Part shown: positions 18,934-28,661 of the stretch, piece after piece | Numbering within the stretch: the first letter of the stretch is position 1 | Layout: each line of letters starts with the position of its first letter | Source: Gemmatimonadota bacterium | GTDB lineage: Bacteria; Gemmatimonadota; Gemmatimonadetes; Gemmatimonadales; Gemmatimonadaceae | Length of the DNA stretch: 64,000 bases | Assembly (NCBI GenBank): GCA_040389905.1 | Contig: JAZJZK010000014.1 | Coordinates: forward strand, 1 to 64,000 | Direction of reading: 5' to 3' | Translations under genes and position numbers: made by a program | The notes under the pieces: model-generated | Seen by the model: only the letters and a program-made list of their open reading frames with translations | Told to the model about the DNA's origin: nothing | Databases searched by the model: none

Positions 18934-20045
18934 GATCCTCCTCCGGATCCGATCCAGCGGGCACGATAGCCCCGCGAGTCGATGTGTATGAAAGGTCCGT
19001 GCCCAGCCTCAGCCGGATACACGCCTGCCCCCCCGACGAGTTCGGGGTGTGCCGCCTCGATCCTGTCCACCGCCTGCTGAATGACCCGGGAATCCTCGAT
19101 GTTCACGCGGCCATCGTGATTCAGGTCGTCCATTGCTCCGTTGCCATCATTGTCGATGAAGATGTCTGCCGCATCGCCGTACATGTGTCGGCTGAGCCCG
19201 GCACGCCCGCCGGTGTTGCCACCACCCTTGTTGTATTGCGGTGTTCGAAATCCGCTCATCACGTGCACACCGTCGATCGTGATGCCGTGCTCGATAAGGT
19301 CACTCAGCACGAGCTCCAGCTTGTCAACGTTGCGCAGTTCAACCACCAGATACTTCGGCCAGACGTTCGGCTGGTCGTGGGTGAGAAAATCCCGGAGCTT
19401 GAAGTGTTCCGAGAGCTTCGTGTCCGCGTTCTCGCGTGTGACCTCGATGAATCCCGACGGCGGACGATAGCGATCCGCAGGCGCTTTCTTCGGCGCGTTC
19501 ACCGTCCCGGTTTCACCGGGCCAGTTGCCGATGTAGTACAGGCCGACGCGACCATTCTGCTTTTCGCTGCGCGGACGCATACTGATCAGACTGAAGTCCG
19601 CGATCGGCTTGATCGCGCTGCCGAGCGCGACAGCGAGCTTCCAAATGCCCGCCTTCGGCGCTACCGCAGGCCCGCTTCCTTCCGTTTCGGCGACGCGCAA
19701 CTCGCCACCATGCGCCCCTGCCTCCGACACGATGGGGGCCCCCTCGGTGGTCAACTCGGCACGGAGCTTCCCGCTCGTTCCCCTCAGCTCGCCTGCCAGT
19801 GCGCTCAGCGATGCGTCGGTGAGATACGCCATCGTGGGTGCATCGCTGTTGGTGATCGCGGCGGCAATCTGGGCGGTTGGTGATGGGTGGACGCTGCCAT
19901 CCTGGTCATACGATCCCGTTTCGATTGACCAGATCCAGCCAATCGTGAGCACGATCAGCACTGCCGCGCCGAGTACGTCGACCACGCGTTCCGCGTGCGC
20001 GCCCGTTGACCCGCCATGCACGAGTGTCGAACTTGCGACGCTCAC
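18930..20045 (-). CDS. Membrane-anchored peptidase M15A/YcbK-like zinc D-Ala-D-Ala peptidase
   Basis: SGFRTPQYN...SRHMYGDAADI...FIHID zinc motif; GTG at 20045 preceded by AGAAAGGAAG RBS; N-terminal TM. Confidence 0.8.
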   Translation of the reverse strand: MSVASSTLVHGGSTGAHAERVVDVLGAAVLIVLTIGWIWSIETGSYDQDGSVHPSPTAQIAAAITNSDAPTMAYLTDASLSALAGELRGTSGKLRAELTTEGAPIVSEAGAHGGELRVAETEGSGPAVAPKAGIWKLAVALGSAIKPIADFSLISMRPRSEKQNGRVGLYYIGNWPGETGTVNAPKKAPADRYRPPSGFIEVTRENADTKLSEHFKLRDFLTHDQPNVWPKYLVVELRNVDKLELVLSDLIEHGITIDGVHVMSGFRTPQYNKGGGNTGGRAGLSRHMYGDAADIFIDNDGNGAMDDLNHDGRVNIEDSRVIQQAVDRIEAAHPELVGGAGVYPAEAGHGPFIHIDSRGYRARWIGSGGGS

Positions 20046-20069
20046 GACGTCTTCCTTTCTCCGAACCTC

Positions 20070-20708
20070 ATGCAATCCCTGGTCGAACTTTTCCATCAGC
20101 TCAAGGATCCCCGCCTGCTCGTGCAGGCCGGTGGATACGTTGGCCTGACGGCTATCATTTTTGCGGAAACCGGGCTGTTGATCGGATTCTTCCTCCCGGG
20201 TGATTCGCTGCTGGTCACGGCCGGACTCCTCGCCTCACAACCGCAGTTTGGGCTCAACGTGTGGCTACTCGGCATCCTGCTCACGGTGGCTGCCATAATC
20301 GGAAACTCAGTAGGGTATGGGATCGGGTTTTATTCCGGCCCGAAGCTGTTCACCCGCGACGATTCGCTGCTGTTCAAGAAGAAACATCTGTATCGCGCCC
20401 AGGCATTCTACGAGAAGCACGGAGGCAAGACGCTCGTCATTGCGCGTTTCATGCCGATCGTGCGGACCTTCGTGCCGGTTGTGGCGGGATTGGCGCGCAT
20501 GAATCTGCGCGCCTACACGGCCTACAATGTGCTGGGTGGGGTTGCCTGGATCTGGTCGATGCTCCTTATCGGGTACTTCCTCGGACGCGCGGTGCCGGGC
20601 GTCGAGAAGCACATCGAGAAGCTGATCATCGTCGTCATCTTCCTCTCACTGCTTCCGGCGCTGATTTCGTGGCAGCGGGAGCGGTCGAAGCAAAACAAAG
20701 CCAATTAG
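20070..20708 (+). CDS. dedA: DedA family membrane protein
   Basis: FAETGLLIGFFLPGDSLL, FYEKHGGKTLVIARFMPIVRTF. Confidence 0.9.
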   Translation: MQSLVELFHQLKDPRLLVQAGGYVGLTAIIFAETGLLIGFFLPGDSLLVTAGLLASQPQFGLNVWLLGILLTVAAIIGNSVGYGIGFYSGPKLFTRDDSLLFKKKHLYRAQAFYEKHGGKTLVIARFMPIVRTFVPVVAGLARMNLRAYTAYNVLGGVAWIWSMLLIGYFLGRAVPGVEKHIEKLIIVVIFLSLLPALISWQRERSKQNKAN

Positions 20709-20752
20709 CTCAGTCATTGTTCGTGAACCACTGAACCAACCCGGAGAACTTC

Positions 20753-21358
20753 ATGGCGCACACACTTCCAGCCCTTCCCTACGCATCGAACGCGCTCGAG
20801 CCACACATCGACGCGCAGACGATGGAGATCCATCACGGCAAGCATCACAACGCCTACGTCACGAATCTGAACGCCGCGCTCGAGAAGGCGCCGGAACTGG
20901 CAGACAAGTCGCTCGAGGATCTCCTTCGGGATCTCACTGCCGTGCCTGAAGCCATTCGCACCGCCGTTCGCAACAACGGCGGCGGACACTGGAACCACTC
21001 CCAGTTCTGGCAGTGGATGGCGCCGGACGCCGGCGGCGCACCATCGGGCGAGCTTGGCAGCGCGATCGACAGCGCGTTCGGCGACTTCGAGAAGTTCAAG
21101 GAGCAGTTCGCGGCTGCTGGCGCGGGACGTTTCGGCTCAGGCTGGGTGTGGCTCAACAATGACGACGGGAAGCTCTCGATCTCCAGCTCGCCGAACCAGG
21201 ACAATCCGTTGATGGAAGGCAAAGCGGCGCCGATCCTCGGCCTCGACGTGTGGGAGCACGCCTACTACCTCAAGTACCAGAACCGCCGGCCTGACTACAT
21301 GAAGGCGTGGTGGAATGTGGTGAATTGGGCCGAGGTGGCGGCGCGCTTCGGCAAGTAG
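20753..21358 (+). CDS. sodA: Superoxide dismutase, Mn-type signature
   Basis: [30 protein letters not shown]. Confidence 0.93.
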   Translation: MAHTLPALPYASNALEPHIDAQTMEIHHGKHHNAYVTNLNAALEKAPELADKSLEDLLRDLTAVPEAIRTAVRNNGGGHWNHSQFWQWMAPDAGGAPSGELGSAIDSAFGDFEKFKEQFAAAGAGRFGSGWVWLNNDDGKLSISSSPNQDNPLMEGKAAPILGLDVWEHAYYLKYQNRRPDYMKAWWNVVNWAEVAARFGK

Positions 21359-21384
21359 CTCAGACCTCCGCGTGCCGGAACATT

Positions 21385-21560
21385 GAACGCGGATACAAAT
21401 CTGATTCAACAGAAGCAAAAAGCGATTTGTTCATAAGAAGGCCGACCTCATTCTCGCGAGGTCGGCCCTTTTGAATTTCGAAGAGCGCTTGGTGCGCACT
21501 CCTCAAACACTCACTGAATGATCATTGTTTTGCGGTTGTTTCAGATCTGCATCCGCGTTC
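21385..21560. repeat. Inverted-repeat pair enclosing the sodA/speA terminator
   Basis: Left GAACGCGGATACAAATCTGA (21385-21404); right revcomp GAACGCGGATGCAGATCTGA (21541-21560). Confidence 0.7.
21440..21472 (+). terminator. Rho-independent terminator between convergent sodA and speA
   Basis: Stem GGCCGACCTC/GAGGTCGGCC followed by CTTTT. Confidence 0.75.
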
Positions 21561-21576
21561 GCCGTTTAGCCCCAGC

Positions 21577-23535
21577 CTACTGTGCCGCTTCGCCCTCGAG
21601 ATACGTATACCCCTCGAGACCGGTCACATAGTCCGCGATGAACGCATTCGCCTCGGCGCGGCTCAGGTGCTTCACCTGGGTCACCTTGCGACGGAAGGTC
21701 TGCAACAGATCGGACGCACGGAACTGCACGTAATTGAGCACCTCCGTTACCGTATCGCCGTGGACGAGATCCGTGATCTCATAGCCACTCCCCGCCGCGA
21801 GCCGGATGTGCACCGCGTTGGTATCGCCGAACAGGTTGTGCAGGTCACCCAGAATTTCCTGATACGCGCCTGTGAGGAAGACACCAAGCATGTAGGGCTC
21901 GCCATCGCGCCATTCGTGCAACGCAAGCGACGGATCGCCCTCCTTCTCACCGACGAAGCGATCGATCTTTCCGTCGGAGTCACAGGTAATGTCCTGCAGC
22001 GTCCCGCGTCGCATCGGCTCTTCGTCGAGCCGGTGAATCGGCATGATCGGGAAGAGCTGATCGATGGCCCAACTGTCGGGCAGTGATTGAAACAGGGAGA
22101 AGTTGCAGAAGTAGCGATCGACGAGGACAGCATCGAGGTCAAGCAGAATCTCCTCGTACTTATCGCGATCCTGCATGACGATCTTCGCGATGGCGTTCAC
22201 CGTCGCGTGATACATCTGCTCCGCCACGGCACGCCCGCGCAATGACAGCACGCCGCTCGCAAAGAGTTGTTGCGCGCGCTCCTTGTCGAAGGTGACGTCG
22301 TGGAAGATTTCCAACACGCGACGCCGGGCGATTTTCTTGCCCTTCGAGACGTCGAGGTAGTCCTCCGCCATTTCGTGCAGAATGGCATGGTCGTCATCCG
22401 TAAGCGCTGGCACTGGCGTCTCTACGACGGACTCGACGTCGATGACCTTGAGCAATAGCAACGCGTGGTGCGCGGTCAGCGCCCGTCCGGACTCGCTGAT
22501 CACATGTGGCATCGGCAAGTCGAGATCGCGACACGATTCAGCGAGGGTGTAGATGACGTCGTTCGCATACTCCTGCAGCGAGTAATTGACGCTCGCGTTC
22601 GACGTTGAATTCGATCCGTCGTAGTCCACGCCGAGACCACCGCCAACATCGACGTGTGTGATGTCGACGCCGATGGCCCGGAGCTCCGCGTAGAAGCGCG
22701 CAACCTCCTGAAGACCCGCCTTGATATAGCGGATATCGGTGATCTGAGAGCCGAGATGGAAGTGGATGAGCTTGACGATGTCCAGCCGACCGAGCGAGCG
22801 GAGCTTGTCGATGGCTTGCATGAGCTGCGCGGCGTTGAGCCCGAATTTGGACTTTTCACCGCCGCTCTCCTTCCATCGCCCATAGCCCGTCGACGCCAGC
22901 TTGATGCGAATGCCCGCACACGGCGAGACGCCAAGTTCGTCCGCCGCAGCAAGCAACACGTCGATCTCGCTCAGCTGCTCGATGACGATGAAGACCTGAT
23001 GTCCCAGCTTCTGCCCCATGAGGGCGAGACGCATGAACTCCTCGTCCTTGTATCCGTTACAGACGATGAGATGTTGCGTGCTCTCCGAGAGGCCGAGTAC
23101 CGCCTGAAGCTCCGGCTTCGAGCCGCACTCGAGCCCCACGCCGTGCTTCTCGCCGAACTGCACGATCTCCTCGACCACGTGTCGTTGCTGATTGACCTTG
23201 ATCGGATAGACGGTCGTATAGTTGCCCTTGTAGTCGTACTCTGCGATCGCGTTCTGGAATCGCTCGCTCAGCGCTTCGATGCGCGAACGCAGGATGTCCG
23301 AGAAGCGCAGCAGAACAGGCAGCTGGACGCCCTGCTCTTCGAGGTCGTTCGCGAGATCGTGGAGGCTGAGTCGCCGTTCGGGATGTTCCTTGTCGGGTCG
23401 GACCACGACGTGCCCGCGCGCGTCGATGTCGAAGAAACCTGCGCCCCAGCCCTCGATATTGTACAGCGCGCGCGCCTTCTCGATGGTCCAGCCCGAAGCC
23501 GGAGCGGTGCTCGCGTCGTTGGAGTTCGTTGCCAT
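21577..23535 (-). CDS. speA: Biosynthetic arginine decarboxylase
   Basis: VYPIKVNQ (PLP Lys), ECGSKPEL, CNGYKD, HFHLGSQI, DVGGGLGVDYDG, DITCDSDG, GAYQEILGDLHNLFG. Confidence 0.95.
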   Translation of the reverse strand: MATNSNDASTAPASGWTIEKARALYNIEGWGAGFFDIDARGHVVVRPDKEHPERRLSLHDLANDLEEQGVQLPVLLRFSDILRSRIEALSERFQNAIAEYDYKGNYTTVYPIKVNQQRHVVEEIVQFGEKHGVGLECGSKPELQAVLGLSESTQHLIVCNGYKDEEFMRLALMGQKLGHQVFIVIEQLSEIDVLLAAADELGVSPCAGIRIKLASTGYGRWKESGGEKSKFGLNAAQLMQAIDKLRSLGRLDIVKLIHFHLGSQITDIRYIKAGLQEVARFYAELRAIGVDITHVDVGGGLGVDYDGSNSTSNASVNYSLQEYANDVIYTLAESCRDLDLPMPHVISESGRALTAHHALLLLKVIDVESVVETPVPALTDDDHAILHEMAEDYLDVSKGKKIARRRVLEIFHDVTFDKERAQQLFASGVLSLRGRAVAEQMYHATVNAIAKIVMQDRDKYEEILLDLDAVLVDRYFCNFSLFQSLPDSWAIDQLFPIMPIHRLDEEPMRRGTLQDITCDSDGKIDRFVGEKEGDPSLALHEWRDGEPYMLGVFLTGAYQEILGDLHNLFGDTNAVHIRLAAGSGYEITDLVHGDTVTEVLNYVQFRASDLLQTFRRKVTQVKHLSRAEANAFIADYVTGLEGYTYLEGEAAQ

Positions 23536-23583
23536 GGCGGAAAGATAATGAGGACACACGTACAGGTCCTTCCGGGCAGAGCC

Positions 23584-24186
23584 TCACGGATACAGCGTTT
23601 CTGTCTCCCACCCCTCGTTCGCACGGATGTAGACATCACGCCGGTGCAGACGCGACGGCATGCCCTGCCAGAATTCAATACGGCTCGGGATCAGGCGAAA
23701 TCCGGACCAGTGCGGCGGACGTTGCACGGCGCGCCCCTCGAATCGCGCTTCGACTTCGCGCAACCGCGACTCCAGATCGCCCGGGTGCTGGATGGGCCGG
23801 CTCTGCATGGACGCCCAGGCACCGAGTTGGCTGCCACGCGGCCGCGTGGCAAAGTAGGCGTCGGCTTCCTCGACGGTCACGCGCTCGACGGCGCCTTCGA
23901 TGCGCACTTGCTTCTCGAGGGGCTGCCAGTGAAAACACATCGCGGCGCGCGGATGCGCGATCAACTCCTGCCCCTTCCGGCTTTCATAGTTGGTGAAAAA
24001 CACAAATCCGCGATCGTCGACTCCCTTGAGCAGCACGATGCGGACGGCGGGTTGGCCATCTCCTCCCACGGTGCCGAGCGAGAATGCCGTCGGCTCTGGA
24101 AGGATGTCGCGGCTGACGGCTCGCGCGCTGTCCAGAAGTGCGGCGAAACGCGCGAACGGCTCGGTGGCTGGCGCGACATCGTTCAT
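23584..24186 (-). CDS. pdxH: Pyridoxamine 5'-phosphate oxidase
   Basis: RIVLLKG, FFTNYESRKG, QVRIEG, RPRGSQLGAWASMQS, EFWQG..SRLH. Confidence 0.93.
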   Translation of the reverse strand: MNDVAPATEPFARFAALLDSARAVSRDILPEPTAFSLGTVGGDGQPAVRIVLLKGVDDRGFVFFTNYESRKGQELIAHPRAAMCFHWQPLEKQVRIEGAVERVTVEEADAYFATRPRGSQLGAWASMQSRPIQHPGDLESRLREVEARFEGRAVQRPPHWSGFRLIPSRIEFWQGMPSRLHRRDVYIRANEGWETETLYP

Positions 24187-24983
24187 CCGATGGCCCTCTT
24201 GCGGAAGCTTCGAAGCCCGGCATTCCAGAAGAGCGCGGCAATGACCGCGAGCGCGCCCATGGACACGAGCAGTGGCATGTGCGGTACCTCTGGCGTCAGG
24301 GCGCCGCGCATGCCCTCCGCGACGTACACCAGTGGATTCACGAGCACGAGATATTTCATCACCGGCACCGCGTCGAGCCCACGCCACGGGTAATACGCGC
24401 AACCGAAGAACATCATCGGCGCAATGATCGCGCTGAACATGAGGCCGATTTGTTGTGGCGCGATGGCAGTGCCGAGCCACATGCCGAGGGCGGAGAACGC
24501 AGTCGCGCCGAGTAGCGTGATGACGATGACGTCGCCGAAATGCCCGAAGGTCAGATTCGGGATGGGGCCCATGATCACGCGCGCAATCGGCAGCACGAAG
24601 AGCGCGGAGATGACGCCTTGAATTACGCCATTGATGATCTTCTCTGCCGCAATCACCCAGGTTGCCACAGGAGCAAGAAGACGGTCCTCGATTTCCTTGG
24701 TCCAACCGAAGTCCTGCACCATTGGCAGCGCGACCGACTGGATCGCCGAGAGCGCGAGGCTGACGGCGAGAATCCCAGGAAGCAGCGCGGTCTGATACCC
24801 TCCGCGCACGAAACCCATTTTCGGTAACAGGAATCCGAAGACCACGAGGAACAGCACGGGTTGCATGATGGTGCGTAGCAGAAAGAACGGCAGCTCCTTG
24901 GTTGCGACCCGCACGTCGCGATGGAGGAGCGCGACAAAGACGGTAGACGCACGCACCGGCGTTGCGGCAATGGATTCGCTCAA
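24183..24983 (-). CDS. ABC-2 type exporter permease
   Basis: Six TM segments, LLPGI, EDRLLAP, NPLVYVAEGMR. Confidence 0.85.
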   Translation of the reverse strand: MSESIAATPVRASTVFVALLHRDVRVATKELPFFLLRTIMQPVLFLVVFGFLLPKMGFVRGGYQTALLPGILAVSLALSAIQSVALPMVQDFGWTKEIEDRLLAPVATWVIAAEKIINGVIQGVISALFVLPIARVIMGPIPNLTFGHFGDVIVITLLGATAFSALGMWLGTAIAPQQIGLMFSAIIAPMMFFGCAYYPWRGLDAVPVMKYLVLVNPLVYVAEGMRGALTPEVPHMPLLVSMGALAVIAALFWNAGLRSFRKRAIG

Positions 24984-25999
24984 TCGAGTTTTCTCCCCGT
25001 GAGCTCGATGAACAGTGTCTCGAGGCTCGGCTCCTTGAGCGTGATGTTCTTGACGTGACGACCAGCGGCCTCGGCGGCCTCGATTGCCGCGGAGATGATG
25101 CGTCCGCCTTCGGAGCTTTGGATTCGAACCGTACTGCCAGTCGCGTCGGCTTTCACTACGCCATCGAGCTCGCGAACGCGGACCGCAGCATCGTTTGCCG
25201 CTTCGTCCAGTTCGAGCTCGATCAGCGTTCCGCCCGGTGCTTTCGCCTTGAGGCCGGCCGTGGTGTCAAGCGCGAGCAGCCGACCGCGATCGATAATGGC
25301 AAGTCGATCGCAGAGCTGATCGGCTTCCTCCATGTAGTGCGTCGTCATGACGATGGTGCGGCCCTGCCGGTGCAGGTCCCGTAACACGTCCCACAGCGCC
25401 AGACGCGCCTGCGGGTCGAGTCCTACCGTCGGCTCGTCGAGAAAGATGACATCAGGTTCGTGGATGAGCGCCCTTGCAATCATGAGGCGCTGCTGCTGGC
25501 CCCCCGACAGTGCATCCACCTTTTCGTGTGTCTTGTCCGTCAGACCGAGTTGCTCGAAGTGGGCCATGGCGCGCCGCGTGGCTTCGGCGCGTCCGATCCC
25601 GAAATACGCCGCGTGGAAGACGAGATTGTCGAGTACGTTCAGGCCGCGATCGGGATTCGCGCGCTGCGGCACCACACCAATGCGGCGGCGAACCGCAACT
25701 GGGTCTTTGATCACATCGGCCCCACCAACCGTCGCTCGGCCGGCGCTCGCCAGCACGCGCGTCGTGAGGATGCCGATCGTCGTGGTCTTGCCGGCGCCGT
25801 TCGGGCCGAGCAATCCGAAGAACTCACCGGCGCCCACCTGAAGATCGAGCCCCTCGAGGGCGACGAGCTCGCGCGCCCCACTGGCGACCGGCGGCGGTGC
25901 GCTCATTCCCGGGGGACCATACGGTGGCGCACCACCACGGCGCTTCGGCGCGGCGATTGGGTAGACCTTTCTGAGCCCTTCCGTCGAGATGGCTGACAC
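24980..25999 (-). CDS. ABC exporter ATP-binding protein (DrrA-like)
   Basis: GPNGAGKTT, LSGGQQQR, FLDEPTVGLD, TTHYMEEA, PSLETLFIELTG. Confidence 0.92.
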   Translation of the reverse strand: MSAISTEGLRKVYPIAAPKRRGGAPPYGPPGMSAPPPVASGARELVALEGLDLQVGAGEFFGLLGPNGAGKTTTIGILTTRVLASAGRATVGGADVIKDPVAVRRRIGVVPQRANPDRGLNVLDNLVFHAAYFGIGRAEATRRAMAHFEQLGLTDKTHEKVDALSGGQQQRLMIARALIHEPDVIFLDEPTVGLDPQARLALWDVLRDLHRQGRTIVMTTHYMEEADQLCDRLAIIDRGRLLALDTTAGLKAKAPGGTLIELELDEAANDAAVRVRELDGVVKADATGSTVRIQSSEGGRIISAAIEAAEAAGRHVKNITLKEPSLETLFIELTGRKLD

Positions 26000-26094
26000 G
26001 ACGCAAATCTAACAAGGGGGCAGGGGACAGGGGACTGCGTGACGCACCGCGCGGCATCCTCTTGTCGCTGGACGCAACAGCGGAAAAGCAATTA

Positions 26095-26166
26095 ACCACA
26101 GAGGACACAGAGGACACAGAGAGAGATGTCCTCTGTGTCCTCTGTGTCCTCTGTGTCCTCTGTGGT
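26095..26166. repeat. Palindrome built from tandem 9-nt units (CACAGAGGA)n/(TCCTCTGTG)n
   Basis: ACCACAGAGGACACAGAGGACACAGAG is perfectly inverted to CTCTGTGTCCTCTGTGTCCTCTGTGGT. Confidence 0.9.
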
Positions 26167-26198
26167 ACAGCAGTTCCGCCTTTCGGTTGTACCTTGAA

Positions 26199-27011
26199 CT
26201 ATTCGTTGTTACTGAACAAACTGCCGAGCACTGCTCCTCCGACGGCGCCGAGTGCAGTGCCTTCTTGAACGCGGTGACCGCCGGCACGAGGCGACGCGGC
26301 AATGATACGATCGGCCAGGCGGGAGAACGGCATCGTCTGGAGCATGATGCGGCCCGGACCGGAAAGCGTCGCGAAGAAGAGTCCCTCCCCTCCGAAGAGC
26401 GCCGTCTTGATGCCAGGAACCATCTGGATGTCGTATTGCACACGGGATTCCATTGCCACAATGCACCCCGTGTCGACGCGAAGAACCTCGCCCGGCTCGA
26501 GCGTCTTTTCCCACAAAGCGCCCGACGCATGGAGGACGGCAACGCCGTCGCCGGTGATGCGCTGAAGAATGAAGCCTTCGCCGCCAAAGAAGCCAGCGCC
26601 AATTCGCTTCGTGAACGCGATATCGATGTTCGTTCCCTTCGGCGCACAGAGGAAAGAATCTTTCTGAGCAATGACCGTCCCGCCCCACTCGAGCAGGTCC
26701 ACCGGCTTGATCTTCCCCGGAAAATGTGACGAAAAGGCGACGCGCTTCCGCAAGCGGTGCGTGTTGAGGAAGGTCGTGATGAAGAACGTGTCCCCTGAGA
26801 GCACGCGCTTGGCGCCGGCGAACAGCTTGCCCATCAGGCCACCGCCCTGCTTGTTGGGATCAAGCGTCGTGTTCATCTCGATCCCCTCTTCCATGAACAT
26901 CATGGCGCCCGCCTCAGCGATCACGGTCTCGCCGGGATCGAGAGTTACGACGACCGCTTGCAGGTCATCGCCAATCAGTTCGTAGTCGATCTCGTCGGAC
27001 GTGCGGCGCAT
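26199..27011 (-). CDS. TIGR00266/AIM24 family protein
   Basis: IDYELIGDDLQ, AEAGAMM, GFFGGEGFILQ, VDTGC, LFGGEGLF..TLSGPG..LQTMPFSRLA. Confidence 0.88.
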   Translation of the reverse strand: MRRTSDEIDYELIGDDLQAVVVTLDPGETVIAEAGAMMFMEEGIEMNTTLDPNKQGGGLMGKLFAGAKRVLSGDTFFITTFLNTHRLRKRVAFSSHFPGKIKPVDLLEWGGTVIAQKDSFLCAPKGTNIDIAFTKRIGAGFFGGEGFILQRITGDGVAVLHASGALWEKTLEPGEVLRVDTGCIVAMESRVQYDIQMVPGIKTALFGGEGLFFATLSGPGRIMLQTMPFSRLADRIIAASPRAGGHRVQEGTALGAVGGAVLGSLFSNNE

Positions 27012-27166
27012 TGAATCCATCCCGATGGAAGTAGGTGAATCACCAGTACGGTGAAACCGGCATACGGTTTCCGCCACTCGCCGTCGAGCGGGCACGAGCT
27101 ATCTTGTCGCCACGCAACGGCGTCCTCAAGGCGCGATCTCCAATTCCCCGTCACGGTCCGTTTGCC

Positions 27167-28462
27167 ATGCGTTACTCCTCCGCTCGCCTCACGCTCGCCC
27201 TCGTTGTTCTTGGCGCGACGCCCACCATCGCGCAGAACGCCCCTGCCCGTCCGGCCGACACGACGAGCACGCTTCTCACTCCTGCCCGTGTGTTCGACGG
27301 GATGGAGATGCACGACGGGTGGGGCGTCGTGGTGCGCGGGGATCGAATCCTCGCGGCCGGCCCGCTCACCGGCCTGACCATTCCCGTGGGTGCGCGGAGA
27401 ATACCCCTGCCGGGCGCCACGCTCATGCCCGGCATGATCGAGATGCACTCGCATCTCCTGCTCCACCCATACAACGAGACGACCTGGGAAAACCAGGTGC
27501 TACACGAACCGCTCGCGCTGCGCGTCGCGCGCGCAACCAACCACGCGCGCGAGACCCTGCGCAATGGGTTCACGACGGTGCGCGACCTCGGCACCGAAGG
27601 CGCGGGTTACGCCGACGTCGGGCTCAAGCGTGCGATTGCACAGGGAATCATCCCGGGTCCACGGATGTACGTGACGACGCGCGCGATCGTCGCCACGGGG
27701 AGCTATGCGCCGCGCGGCTTCACGCCGGAGATGGACATTCCTCAGGGCGCCGAGGAAGCCGACGGTGCGAGTATCCCTCGGGTGGTGCGCGATCAGATCG
27801 GCCGCGGAGCGGACTGGATCAAGGTCTACGCCGACTATGGGTGGGGCCCGAATGGCGAGACGCGTCCGACGTTTACGCTCGACGAGTTGACGCAGATGGT
27901 CGAGATCGCAAAATCGTCCGGGCGGCCGGTAGTTGCGCACGCGTCGAATCCTGAAGGCATGCGCCGGGCAATTCTCGCCGGCGTCGAGACGATCGAGCAT
28001 GGGGATGGCGGCACGCCTGAGGTGTTTCGTCTGATGAAGGAAAAGAACGTCGCGTTTTGTCCCACGGTCGCGGCTGGCGATGCGTTGCTTCGGTATACCG
28101 GGTGGAAGCATGGCGATCCGGAACCGGCGCGGATCACCAACAAGAGAAACAGCCTCCGCATGGCGATGGACGCGGGCGTGACACTCTGCATGGGCAGCGA
28201 CGTCGGCGTCTTCACGCACGGCGAGGAAGGCCGTGAGATGGAGATACTGGTCGATTACGGTGTGGCGCCGTTGGCGGTGCTTCGAGCGGCCACCAGCACG
28301 AACGCTCGGCTGCTGCACATGGAAGACCGGCTCGGCGCGATCAAGCCGGCGGCGTTCGCCGATCTCGTTGCGGTGCGCGGAGATCCATCCAAGGACATGC
28401 ACGCCGTGCGCGACGTGCTGTTCGTGATGAAGGCGGGCACGGTCTACCGGGAAGCGCCGTAG
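27167..28462 (+). CDS. Secreted metal-dependent amidohydrolase (Xaa-Pro dipeptidase-like, Amidohydro_1)
   Basis: Signal peptide; PGMIEMHSH, GFTTVRDLG, GADWIK, VAHA, TIEHG, GSDVG, ADLVAVRGDP. Confidence 0.88.
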   Translation: MRYSSARLTLALVVLGATPTIAQNAPARPADTTSTLLTPARVFDGMEMHDGWGVVVRGDRILAAGPLTGLTIPVGARRIPLPGATLMPGMIEMHSHLLLHPYNETTWENQVLHEPLALRVARATNHARETLRNGFTTVRDLGTEGAGYADVGLKRAIAQGIIPGPRMYVTTRAIVATGSYAPRGFTPEMDIPQGAEEADGASIPRVVRDQIGRGADWIKVYADYGWGPNGETRPTFTLDELTQMVEIAKSSGRPVVAHASNPEGMRRAILAGVETIEHGDGGTPEVFRLMKEKNVAFCPTVAAGDALLRYTGWKHGDPEPARITNKRNSLRMAMDAGVTLCMGSDVGVFTHGEEGREMEILVDYGVAPLAVLRAATSTNARLLHMEDRLGAIKPAAFADLVAVRGDPSKDMHAVRDVLFVMKAGTVYREAP

Positions 28463-28484
28463 GCTCCGAGCGCACCGAGGTGGA

Positions 28485-28597
28485 TGTCATCCCGAGCGAA
28501 GTCGAGGGATCTGCACGTTCAGTCTGCGTTTGCGGTGCAGAGCCTCGACCGCGGAGTTTACCCCGCGCGCGGTATGCGGGGCTCGCTCGGGGTGACA
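28485..28597. repeat. REP-like palindromic element
   Basis: TGTCATCCCGAGCGA (28485-28499) pairs with TCGCTCGGGGTGACA (28583-28597); inner GTCGAGG/CCTCGAC. Confidence 0.75.
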
Positions 28598-28603
28598 ACC
28601 AGC

Positions 28604-28637
28604 TTGACATTGTCCATATGTACTATATTTATAGTAC
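28604..28637 (+). promoter_or_regulatory. Promoter region with BlaI-type operator palindrome
   Basis: TTGACA at 28604; perfect palindrome GTACTATA-TT-TATAGTAC at 28620-28637 upstream of the blaI-like gene. The -10 spacing is not canonical. Confidence 0.7.
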
Positions 28638-28661
28638 GCAATCACTAGTACGGAGCGTCGA

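Noticed and set aside
20706..21363. TAGCTCAG after both the dedA and sodA stops, resembling a tRNA D-arm
   Set aside because: No acceptor stem, anticodon arm or GTTCRA T-loop at the right spacing; it overlaps the stop codons.
26016..26036. Short AGGGGAC 7-mer run upstream of the ABC ATPase
   Set aside because: Only 2-3 units with no inverted partner seen; too little to call an element.
26009..26268. ORFs containing HRGHRG or TEDTED repeats
   Set aside because: Translation artefacts of the 9-nt palindromic repeat at 26095-26166.
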